A stretch of 64,000 nt of DNA from Styela clava (taxonomy: Eukaryota): the NCBI RefSeq assembly GCF_964204865.1, contig NC_135252.1:20584001-20648000 (forward strand), read 5' to 3'. The position numbers and the translations under genes are program-made. The notes under the pieces are model-generated. The model was not told where the DNA came from and searched no databases. It was given only the letters and a program-made list of their open reading frames with translations. Below, one piece after another: positions 52,714-64,000 of this stretch (positions within the stretch are counted from its first letter, which is position 1; each line of letters opens with the position of its first letter).

Positions 52714-55700
52714 TCATGCACTCCCAGAGTTCATCTGCAATTCAGAAAATTTATTTTAAGATAATTTTAAAAATTTTTTAACAGACTAGATCAGGGGTGG
52801 TTAATTGTTCATGAGTTAGCTTAGGGCAGAAATTTTTCTAACGAGCCCATAATGCCCATTTGAATTCACTTTATAATCGGGGTCATCTTGACATTATTTC
52901 CAAATGAAATTTATATTCATAAAAACTAGAACTTCAAATTTTCCTTGAACACTGTTTTTGCACGTTTTGGCAAGCTTTTTAGTGGTTTTTGAAAGTTTTT
53001 CACTTTTTCTTTGCATGTTTTTCATTAAACACTAAATTTATTATGCTACGGAGGTTCAAACTTCAAAGCTTGGTAATTTCTTCGTTCTTACCATAGAATA
53101 ATGATTATTTTGATTCCTCGAATGTTTCCTTTCCCCTCCAGTTATTATTCCAAATAATAGTATTGTTATGATAATAACAAATAAGAAATAACTGCTGTGC
53201 ATGAGATGCATATTCGCAACTGAACGCTTCTCCTGAAAAAAAGAATTGAAAAAGATTCATTGATTCACTGTTAAGTCTAGGCCATGGCCCACTGCTTGGC
53301 CATAGAGAGATTTCCAAGTGGGCCACAAGCCTATTGAAAATACAGCGCTCCCGAAGTATGTGCACCAAGATGGCGCACAAGCTGAACCCTAACCTGGTAC
53401 ACAAACTATGTTCAGGTTGTGCGCCATCTTGGTGCACATACTTCTGGAGGATCGAAATTACTATAGTTTTATATATACTATTACTATATATTGAAAAGTT
53501 AAGTTACATTTATGTCGCTGGAGTCAAATTTTTATTGTAGTAGCAATAAATGATGCTGCCGCTTTTTATTCAAATCTTTAAAGTGAAAGTATTTATTTTG
53601 CAAAAAGAGTTTTGGTTTTCTTGTAGTTTTCCCCTTGCATGAGAACGTTAGTGAGCCACAGAATTTTTATGCAACATGAGTGGGTCACAAAAGAAAAAAG
53701 GTTGAGAATTACTGGTCTAACGATTCCTCTACTTGGTCAGTGGTTCCCAAAATTTAAAGCTTGCGATCCCTTCAAATAAATTAAAATTTTCTGTGCCACC
53801 GGTTCACGCTTCAAATGCTAAAAAGTTCCTAGAGATGTATTTGCCCAAAATCGTCAGATTCACATTTTGCGCTAGTTTTAATAATTGTATTATTAGATAT
53901 AGTACTTTGCGTAAAATCAGTGTAGCCTACTTACTCTTCGTGACCCTAAAATTCATTCCCTCCACTGCATGGTCACGATCTAGGGTTTAGGAAGCCTTGT
54001 ACCAAGTCACCATGCGCAAAAAGTGCTTCATAGCTCAAAAACTTACCAACGTCAGCATAATAGTCAGTTGCTCTCTGACTTTTGTAGCTTTTAATAAAAT
54101 GTTTGATTTGCACTGAGAGAGAGAATGATCTTTTTCATTCTTAGAAGGTGTAGTGACGTCCAGCCATGCTATGAATGCACTTGTTGAATTGTCTCTCTCG
54201 AAAGAACATTTATTTGTTTGTTGCCTAAGAAAAGAGTAAAATGAATTGTCAATACATTTTGCAAAGTCAGCATAGAAGGAATAATATAGTATCCTAACTC
54301 TGAACATATCAGTGAATGTTTGTCCAAGGCCTAGCTTAAAGCAATTGCATGAAAATTCTCTATATTCCTGAATATATGTCAGTTACTTTAAACCACAGAT
54401 GTGCAACAGGCGGTCCACGGGTCACGGCCCACCGAGCCATTTAGTTTGACCATTTCCAACTCTCAGATTTTCCATATTTCTCAATATTCTTGAATTTACA
54501 TTTACTTTAGACCAGTAGTTCCCAAACTGGGGTCCGCGGACCTTTTGGGGTCCGTGAAGCACATTCAGAGGGTCCGCAAAACAAACGAGCTTGATAATAT
54601 AAAAGTGCCCAAATTTGCAAATACACATTTGTCGCATTTTGTTGCTTCATAATCACTGCTGGAGACACAGATTCTTCACTTTTTGTTTCGATCACAATGC
54701 CCCATTGTGATGTCAAAGAGCTGTGGGCCTGTGATGTCACAGAGGGAGTTCAATTCATGCCAGCACGAGTTAACTAACTGCAGAACAGTAACTGACGCTG
54801 CATTTTCGCGCGTTTACCAAATATCGAATGAGACTGGATGTCACACATGTCATTAGAGTTGCGCTTTATATTCTTTTGTTCGTTTCATTATACGGCTCAT
54901 TGATTTTTTGTTGTGATCTTTTAATGTTTTGTCTTAGTGCACAAGGCCGGGAATGGTTAAAAAAAATGCAAGCGGTCCGTCATGGAAATATTTTCCAAAA
55001 GTTTGGGAACCACTGCTTTAGACAGTAGTTCTGAAACCGTACAGTACAACCTAACTAGTACAAAATTTAATTTATTTTATAGAAATATGCTCCCTGCCTG
55101 CCCGCATTTTGAATTGACATGAGATAATCCAACACTGTTCAAAAGTAACATTAGGAGGGAGAAATGAAACTAGTGGATCAACTATTGATCCACGTTATCA
55201 TGGTTTATATACAAAATGCAGCACACATATCCCATTAATTGAACAATAAAACTTCATACAAATTTTATTTTCAGTAACTTTTTTTTTCCATTACTTTGTG
55301 ATTTGTACTATAGAATAACAAGGTAAATAAAACTCCAATGAAATAAACCGCTGAAATCAAGTCAAGTCAACTTTATTTTTTCCAACCAGTAAAAAGACAA
55401 AATCATGCAAAAAATGATATTTACACTACTGAAAGGAAGGAAAGTCGCTGGGAACCAAAACTGGTTGTGAGCAGCGACACACAAGGTTCTGACATCTGAT
55501 TCAACAGATTGGAGAAGAGAGTAGGTAGGTATATGCAGTGGTGGGATTCAAATTTTTTGTCAGCCGGTTCCTTCACAAAACTCAAATTTTGCAGCCGGTT
55601 CTGTTACAAACAGAATATTGACAGTAACCAGAAATGCTATCCGGTTCGCTGATCTCATAAAATTCTGTGAGACGGTACTACAGAACAGGTGCGAACCGGC

Positions 55701-58700
55701 TGAATCCCACCACTGGGTATATGTAAAGTGATGGCCTGCGAAAATAACAAGTGACTTCAGTTCTGAAGTCACAAATAGTATTACTAATAGTATCGAAAAC
55801 ATACCTTGCACATGGAACAATGTCTTCAGGTGCCATTATGGTTGCACACATTTCATATTCCACGAGACATACTTTCTTATTATCCGCACATTTCAAGTTT
55901 GTGGGTGTTCTAGGTACAAATTCCATGGCAACTGTTTTGTTTTCATCTTTTCCTGCAAAAAATGTTATTTTTTATATCTTAAAAGTTTGCAGGTGATGGA
56001 TATTGAAAAAGAAAAGTTTTGGATTGCATTTTCATATAAAAATTTGTTACATTAGAATAACAGCTGATGAGTGTTTGCCTCATCGTAGAGGGAATTTAAA
56101 TATGCTTGCCATAATACTGTTTAATATAATGAGCTGGCATAGATTCGAAACACATGGAGAAAGATCCAAGATGCAAATGCTTGTGCCATAACTCAATTCA
56201 ATGCATCTGAACAGAGCCCAACATGTCATATTATGTTCTTCTATTCCTAATCCTATATATAAGAAATTCTATTTCTATTACTTTGATACAAGACATGCCT
56301 TCGAAAACAAATAACTGGTTAACTAATCCCAACCCGACATGGACTGGTAACCAGTGTTAACTCTAAGCGAATTATGAGTGCGAAAGTGCTTCGCAGTCGA
56401 AAAAAAAAGTGCGAAAGTGCTTTTGCCGATTTTAACAAGTTAGGTGCTCTAGCCTTTCATATAACCCATTTAACACGGCATAGATACTCGAAAAAGCGCT
56501 CCTCCGGTTAATATTATGAATTAAAGAGAAGCCTTTCCGTTAACGGAGTTCCCTTTAAGCGAATTCATGTTTAATTAAAACAAGCGAATTCATCGGCAAC
56601 GAAAAGACATCTGCTAACACTTGCCGCGAACAAAACTTTCATGCAATGTATCACGATGTCAGTTGCTTACTCGTGTGAACAGCAAAGGCTTTCACATTTG
56701 TTACTCCTTCCATCTAACAGACAACGATTGATACACGTAAGCTGGAAACCATATTAGTTACAGGGTGGATTAGGGCTGTCCAAGCGAACCAAATATTCGA
56801 AATCGAATCGAATCGCAAATTATTCGAATCGTTTTTCGGCTAATTTCCGAATCACTAAAATTAGGTACAAAAAGCGGAAACCACCTTTGCAGGACGTTTT
56901 TCATCGGACAAGTGTGCGGCGCTTCGAGCTTAGACCACTCTCGCTCCCGGCTTAATTGGTTTCCCGATATTTCTCTCGCCTTCATTTTGTGATAAACATG
57001 TTATTCCTAATGCCCACCCGGTGGCACATGATCAGCCATTTCATGCATGGTCATCATAACTTAAAAGTTAGAATCGGTAATGACGTTTTTAAGAGAGTAC
57101 ACCATTTCATGCATGGTCATAATAACTTAAGAAATATAATCTGTAATGACGTTTTTGAGAGAGTACACAAGGAGGAAAAAGGGCAAATTAGAAAACGATA
57201 GTTCTATAAATAGAATCGATTTGAAGCTGTTGAGTTAGTTATCATAAGAACATGGTACAGGCAACTCAAAGCTGAAACAGGTGTTTTGGGATCCTTATGA
57301 TGGCAATACCTTCTTTCAATGGAATATGTAATTTTTTATGATGGCAACACTGTATTATCCATCTATATACCAAGACAAATAATTGCACTCTTGAATTTTG
57401 ATTGCATATTATAGTCATCAAACTAGCTTCGAATTTGTTAAATGCAATTTTGAATTTGAGCAACAGTTTTATCTATATTAATGGTTGTTATTATTTTGCT
57501 GAAAATTACACAAAAATACATGAGACTAGTGAATAGGATTAGAATAGCATTTACAGGCTTTACATGTCCTATTAAAACTGAATCCATTAGAATTGAGATT
57601 GCAATTTTTGAATTGTGCAATTTTTACTCTTAACACTCAACAGTTTGAGACCCAAATTTTGGAGTCCTCCACTTTTTTTTGACCAGTTCATGCAAGCGTT
57701 TGATCACCTTTCATCTGAAATCATTGTATTGCAAAATACCAGCAGTAAGTAAGATGTAACTGCACATATGTTACCATAACATTGAAGGGTAGGCGGTTAT
57801 TGTATAATAGAGACAGATTCAGGATTGCGCAACAATATTCGATTATTCGGTTCGATTCGGCAAAAATATTCGATTCGATTCGAATCAAAAAATTATTCGA
57901 TTTTGGACAGCCCTAGGGTGGATCATTTGTACAAATCCCGTGCAAAACAATCACCCCCCCCCCAAAAAAAATATAAATAGCAATCAACTAATTAGGGTTA
58001 GGTGCGCTGGAAATTCAACTTTTCGATTTATCCCTAAACCTAATCTGATAATTATTAATTTGTGATTTTGAACCACTTTGAAAGTCGCCACCCACTGTTT
58101 TAAAAGATAGGTTAACCTACGTTCCCTCCGAAATATTACACAGGATACTCCCATGTTTTAGGAGATAGGTTGACCTACTTCCTTTTAAACTTTTTTCTCC
58201 GAAATATTACACAAGATCACTTTGAAAATCCTCCCCTTTCGTGAGCTAGCGTGACCTAATTTCTCATTTACATTTATATTATACTATTTCAGAGCTGTCG
58301 ACATGCCTTGTTTTGCGTGCGGGTTAGTTTAAATCAGGCAGAAAACATCATATATTGGCAAAATGTTCAGTAATGTCATGTACTTTCAGCATTCATAAAT
58401 AGCACTCTTTGTAATGCTGCTGACCCAGTATCAAATATTCGCATCACAACGCCACTTGCGAGGTTTCCATATATTTCAATTACACTAATAGGAACGATGA
58501 CACCAAAGAGTTTTCTTTTGCGAAGGTACACGAAATATAACCAGGGTGATTCTTGAAAAAAAAACATGAATATAAAAAATAAACGAATGATATGATAATG
58601 GATCCCAAATAATTTTGAGAGTGTCTCGAAATACCAATCCATTTGATAAATAATTTTTATTCGACCACATGAACGCTGATATACGCATTCTCAGATATCG

Positions 58701-61700
58701 GACATCCAGTCGCGATGTTCAATCGTTCATATGCACAAATCTCACATTAATAGTAATTGCTACCCACGTTTGTAAAGTTTAGAAACCAACAAACAGAAAA
58801 TAACTTATCCTAAAACATAATTAAAACTCAGTCGGCAATAAATTCGTCGCCAAGACGATGCCATACAAAACAAAAGCGATTTGGTCGCGATAGTTACGTT
58901 AGATGACTGCAAAACGACGTTGTTTTTTAAGCAGAATGTAAAACAATCAAATTAAAAAACGGGAGTTACGACGCCCTTAACACATCGTGTGTATTAAACT
59001 TCCCTGGTAAGTACTATTATTATTGTACTTATACACCTGTTGGAGTATTTCGGACAATTTCGAATTTAAAATTAATGAAAACCCGACATATAATAAAGAC
59101 GCAAAAGTAAAATGAACATTTATTGAAAAAGTTATTATTTAAGAAAGACAACATGATCGTACAATTCCGCCCAAATCTCGATGTTCGCAAGTGAGATGAT
59201 AAATAAATACTTCCCTGTATTCGAGCAATTAACTTTAGCGTATCGTTGTTCTGCCAACAAACAGCCGGGTGCAAAATATTTCCGTCCTGTGATATGCTCA
59301 CAAATATTCTCGATATTAATATCATACCCTCGCGTATGTACTTTCTATTAGCTCTTTAGTGATCCCTTCCATCCTTGGCCAAGTCATGTTTCGAATATGT
59401 GAACATTTTATTCGACCATACATGGCCGGCGGGATGTTAAAATTGTAAAAACAAGAGAGAGTCGCAACAATCGCGAATTTCGTTTTGTTGCGCCTGTTAT
59501 CGTCGAAATTGATTACATTTGTTGTATTTTGAGGCATTTAAGCAGTAATAATTAGGGCATGACATCATCAAAATCGTCAAGTGAGATTTTGAAATTGCAA
59601 ATTCCGTAAATAAAATTGTGAATTACTCGGTAACGAATTCAGCTTCAATGACCGTCAGGGTATTGTTTTGTTGAAAATTATAATTAATGTGAGAGCGCCA
59701 AAAACATACAGTCCATACCGATGCGACTGCAATTTATATGGCCGCACTTGGTGTGGCGCGTTTATTAATAGTGTAAAATAAATTAAACGAATATCAATTA
59801 TAACCAAGCCTGTCAGCGTGTTTATTTTCTATGGGCAAGAATCGTAAAATACCATCTTGAGACAAATTCACTTCTATTATAAAATCTAATTTTTCAGTTA
59901 TTATCGTTATACAAATAACGTGTGGCAACTTTTTAATTTATCGTCGACCAAAAAACCGCCCCACACTCGTCCAAACGTGTGTCAAGCTTGACCGACAGGA
60001 ACAGATTCATCGACGACTTTAATTAGGGAAAATATGTATTTTGTTGGGAATGCAAAATAAATATAACAAAACGCATTTTTTTGTGATAAAACTTTGTATT
60101 TTCGGAAACGGATTGCCGTGAAGGGTAAAATTTGATCTAAATTAATCGCAAAAATGTTTTATTTTAAATGTAACAAAACACATTTTGCGATATAACCTTG
60201 TATTTTCGAAAACGGGTGTCCTGAAAAATAAAATACGATCTAAATTAATCGCAAAAATGTTTTATTTTAAATGTAACAAAACACATTTTTCGCAATACAA
60301 CTGTATTTTCGAATACCGGGTGTCATGAAGAGTAAAATATGATCTGAATTAACCGTAAATAATGTTTCATTCCAAATGTATCAAAACGCATTTTTTTGCG
60401 ATATAATTTTGTATTTTCGAAAACGGGGCGTCATGAAATATATTAATCTAATGTTTTATCTATCGTCTAACTAACGTCTGGTACACATCATTTTCGGGGA
60501 GAACTTTAGCCCGCGAAACGTTATTTAATTTAAAATAGAGAATGTCCCACGCATTCCAAAACGGAAAATCACCAGTAAGTCGACAGGAATTCAACCCTCC
60601 GGATTCAGTATTCTATATCCCCCGTGTCAGAAATTTCTGAAGATTGGAACAAAGAACCCGCCAAACCGCCGGGGAAGAAGGGGAGTATTTTTTGCACTAA
60701 TAATTAGGGCGTGACATTATCAATATCGTCAAGAAACTGGTGAATTTTCAAATTCCATAAATAAAATTGTGAATTGCTCGATAACATTTTAGCTATAATT
60801 ATCGCCGGGGTATTGTTTTGTTGAAAACATGTTGAAACTTGAGGGAGTTAGTTACAATTAGCGCCTGACCTCTATTAGACATTCGAGCACTCGAAAAAAA
60901 AAAGCACTCGAGTCCAATCTTTTCAGCATTAAGTCGCATACGTAGAATATCCTGTAAAAGAAGTGCTGTTCATTAACGTTATCTCGTCCTATGACCACGC
61001 AGAAATGCCTTTATTGCCGAATTATTCAATCACTATTTTAAATCAACATTCAGGATTGGCACAATTTCAGATTTGCCAAGTTTATCACCATAGAAAAACA
61101 TGAGAAAGTTAATTATCGTCTTAATAAATATCAGCATCACGGTATCGACAATAATATTACCATTCGCATAAAATTGGGGCCGTAAATTTACAAATCTTGA
61201 TAGGTAATATTAAAGCCAACGCAAATGTTAATTTGAGTCCTCAATGTCTTCAACAGCTGTTGCCGATGTGAACAAACGGGTAAACCCGAAATATAAAACT
61301 TCGATGTCCGCCGACCCGCAAGAATTCATATTTGTAAAAAAGACAGGGCGGGAATATAGATTAACAAAACCTGGATATCGCCGCCAAAACGATCGGTGAC
61401 AAGAACAATTAGCGATTACAACGGAATTAACCAGTAAAAAGGCTTTGTTGCAGATTTTTTAATGTTTCAACCGACGTTCCAAAAATATTTGTTATTTGGT
61501 ACTCGTTAAAAATATTCAATTCAATAAAATATTGAATTTCGCCCACCCGTACTCGCATATCAATGAGAAATAGTTGTGTAAATATCGCAAAATGCCACGT
61601 GCTTTCAACATTGTGATTACAATAAAATGGCACTTAATGGTATTTTGTGAATTTGGTGATTTTGCAAATCTGTGACATGCTGCTAAAAGTTTCGTCTGAT

Positions 61701-63552
61701 TTGAAAATCGTGCACTTTGGTCACAATACATTCAAAGTGACTATAACACTTTACTAACACTTTTATAGTCATTTTGAATTCAACGATATCATTGATAGTC
61801 ACATGACCACTTTCGTTCAAAGAAAGGCACTGGTAGTATTCCAACATCTGGTTTCAAAGAGCGTTTTTGCGGGAGAAGCGGAATCGGTGTGCTTGTATAA
61901 TAATCATATTATAAACAAGAATTTTGCCGTTAATGCAAAAGCTTTATCTCCTATGTCTGCATCTCATAGGTTAGAATTCCGGTAAATATCGTTATGATAT
62001 GCAGAATTGAGTTACAAAAGTACTAGTATGTTACTTATTTGTCAACTTAATACTTGAAAATATTTGTTAACTTTGAATTTTTTTTCCATTCAAAATCGGA
62101 AAAAAGTGCTATTTCTCTTCAAAATCGGAAAAAAGTGCTATTTCGCAGTCCCTAAAAAAAGTTGCGAAAGTGCTTCGCAATTTTCGCAAAAAAGTGCGCT
62201 AATAGTGAACACTGCTGGTAACCAAACGAGAGGCCGTGGTTCATCATACTGTCTTATGGGCTCCCTTTTTCCACGAGATAAATATGTAAATCAAATCAAA
62301 TCAAATCTTAAGACAGTATTAGAATTACCAGTACTCAACTAAGTCAAACACAAAATTTGAAAACCAAATTCTTTACATCCAATTGATTGATATTCCTGAC
62401 TTGAGAGCAAAGCATGGAGCAAAGAGTATTAATTTGTTCTATAAAGTTTACTTGAGCCAGCTACTATCTTACAAAATACTTTACATCCTCAAATATGAAA
62501 GTTCAATTTAAAGTCAGCTAGGTTCGATCTTAAGTCGACTAACAAAAACATCTTTTATACCTGATATTCCAAGCACAGAAACCGGAAAGCTCGAAACAAA
62601 GTCTGTAATGGGCCGAGGAAATGAATCGCTTTTTGGTAGAAAACTGACACTGACAGTGACCAAGAAAGAGACAGTTTTATATTTTCTGAGATCAGTCTCT
62701 TCCATGTTGTTGTCATTCAATAAAATTTGACTTAAGTTGACATCTCGAGGATTTTCTGAGTTATGAGTTGTCCAACTTTTGTTGCTTAATTTTGTGCAAA
62801 GATTGAGATTTGTTGCATTTTCCACAAATGCGTTCAATCTCTGAAATGGAAATTTGGAGCTTTTTAAAAACAACTTGCTTAAAGCAAAGTCACACGCATC
62901 CACTCGCAGGTATATAAAAATGATCTCTCTGGGCAAAGTTACAAATGACATGACAAGAACTACTGAGTGCTGACGTGTAGAATAATGAGCAGTGTAAATG
63001 AGTGGCAACGCTAAAAACATTTTTTTAAATCCAGGAAACCTAAATCAAAATGATCTCTCAATGCAGCAATGTCATGTTGAAAACAGAAATAAAAACTTTC
63101 AGACTGTTTGATTTTGGTTTGGACTGAAATTACTCTGGGTTTGGTTTTTAAATAATTGAAATAAAGTAAAATTATGTACGCTGATATCAAGGATTGCATG
63201 ATATTCTGATTTGTACTGTACCGTATTATTTCTGGTTTATTTTTTTACATACAGACATAAACGTACATATCAAAAAAATCACATATCAATGATAGGCGAA
63301 TTATTGCAGTATTGCGAAAGTTTAACGTTAAATAGCCTTAATCCATCCATAAATATCCATCAAAATGAAAATAAAAACAAAAAATTTGTATCATACCTCA
63401 TTTGCATCTGGATTATACACATCATTATATTTTATGTAATATGCGTAAGAAATGAATGCAATAGCTGTCATTCCAATACACACGACAAATAGAACCAAAG
63501 GAGGACGAGCTGACAAGAAATTGCGGAAATTTTCCAACGGACTGAACGCCAT
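52714..63552 (-). CDS. TMEM248: Transmembrane protein 248 homologue, 307 aa; exons 63552-63397, 62840-62561, 55952-55805, 54224-54047, 53232-53092, 52734-52714
   Basis: MAFSPLENFRNFLSARPPLVLFVVCIGMTAIAFISYAYY and KRSVANMHLMHSSYFLFVIIITILLFGII resemble TMEM248 TM1 (PLENL...SRPPLVVF...MAIAF) and TM2 (LHLMHTSYFLFVMVIT). Splice phases are consistent (924 nt). Confidence 0.88.
54513..55015. mobile_element. hAT (Charlie-like) MITE
   Basis: TIR CAGT(A/G)GTTCCCAAAC; exact TSD CTTTAGAC. Confidence 0.85.
56771..57915. mobile_element. hAT element nested in the 5.86-kb element
   Basis: TIR TAGGGCTGTCCAA / TTGGACAGCCCTA; TSD GGGTGGAT; CGAAT subterminal repeats; ~68-bp tandem duplication at ~57036-57170. 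Confidence 0.85.
60060..60440. repeat. ~107-bp tandem repeat, about 3.5 copies
   Basis: Recurring aacaaaac(g/a)cattttt...tgtattttcg(g/a)aaacgg...gatctaaattaatcgcaaaaatgttttatt. Confidence 0.8.
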
Positions 63553-64000
63553 CTTCGCACAACTGCACAACTGCACAACAAAACGCCTAAATCCGTCAAA
63601 CTGTTATGCTAAGATGAAGGGAACGATTCGCCAATCTACCAATACTATATAATGCAGTTGGCTATACGTGGCGTTGCATTGTGGCAGGTGTACGGTACAG
63701 GTATATTACGTAAATGTGTGGCGTTTTACTGCCATGTCACGCCACTACTTTGCAGAGACCGGAAAATGCTGCCTTGCTCTTTCACAGCTAGGCAGGTGGC
63801 AAATAAGAAATGAATATGGCCTCAGGGTTGTGGAAGACCACGAATTTGTTTTGTATGCAGAACTTTTTGACCCGTTAAGAAAATTGCTGTAGGTTCAGAG
63901 GTTGGGTACGGAACTATAGACATACTAGCATATCGTACGATATCGATCAGGCAGCCGACGGACAACACTGCAACAGGGCAATGGCGACAAAAAAATGTTC

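Larger units (their letters stand above)
56352..62214. mobile_element. 5.86-kb TIR element (hAT-like, non-autonomous) inserted into a SINE within TMEM248 intron 2
   Basis: TIR CAGTGTT(A/C)ACT; exact 8-bp TSD CTGGTAAC (56344-56351, 62215-62222); subterminal TGCGAAAGTGCTTCGCA at both ends; the SINE sequence resumes after the right TSD. Confidence 0.85.

Noticed and set aside
60060-60440. CRISPR-like appearance of spaced repeats
   Set aside because: Units are contiguous, diverged tandem copies without unique spacers, in a eukaryotic context with no cas genes.
60950-61450. Possible decayed Penelope-like RT on the minus strand (PFYWLIP, SADIEVLY, YCRYRDAD in the expected order)
   Set aside because: Motifs are in different frames with many stops, and spacing is much shorter than expected; cannot be supported without a translated profile search.
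63668-64000. Possible gene starting head-to-head with TMEM248 (ORF 63668-63892; ATG near 63982)
   Set aside because: No recognisable protein, stops in all frames, and the window ends.

Overview
AT-rich, intron-containing animal genomic DNA. It is probably a tunicate (ascidian); this is inferred from compact introns, unpaired splice acceptors just upstream of start codons and the repeat content, and is not proven. The single-exon ORF track is mostly noise, so genes were assembled by hand from splice sites. Left to right: (1) the 5' end of a divergent, intron-containing HSP70-family gene (minus strand, runs off the left edge); (2) type II transmembrane C-type lectin A (minus, 6 exons); (3) an intact, stand-alone 418-aa retrotransposon Gag-like ORF with capsid motifs and a CCHC knuckle but no pol or LTR, a candidate domesticated capsid gene; (4) an unrecognised secreted 227-aa protein with 23 Cys, built from a duplicated two-exon module and containing a GC-AG intron; (5) two further lectin paralogues, B and C (plus), with C carrying a 5x 11-residue neck repeat and a three-level nested transposon stack including a decayed hAT transposase; (6) FCF1 (plus); (7) TMEM248 (minus), whose intron 2 holds a 5.9-kb TIR element that splits a SINE. 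Intergenic and intronic DNA is dense with hAT MITEs (8-bp TSDs), TA-flanked MITEs, Helentron/HINE-like elements, a tRNA-type SINE and palindromic MITEs. The best candidates for novelty are the gag-only gene, the Cys-rich modular protein and the diversifying lectin receptor cluster that surrounds them.
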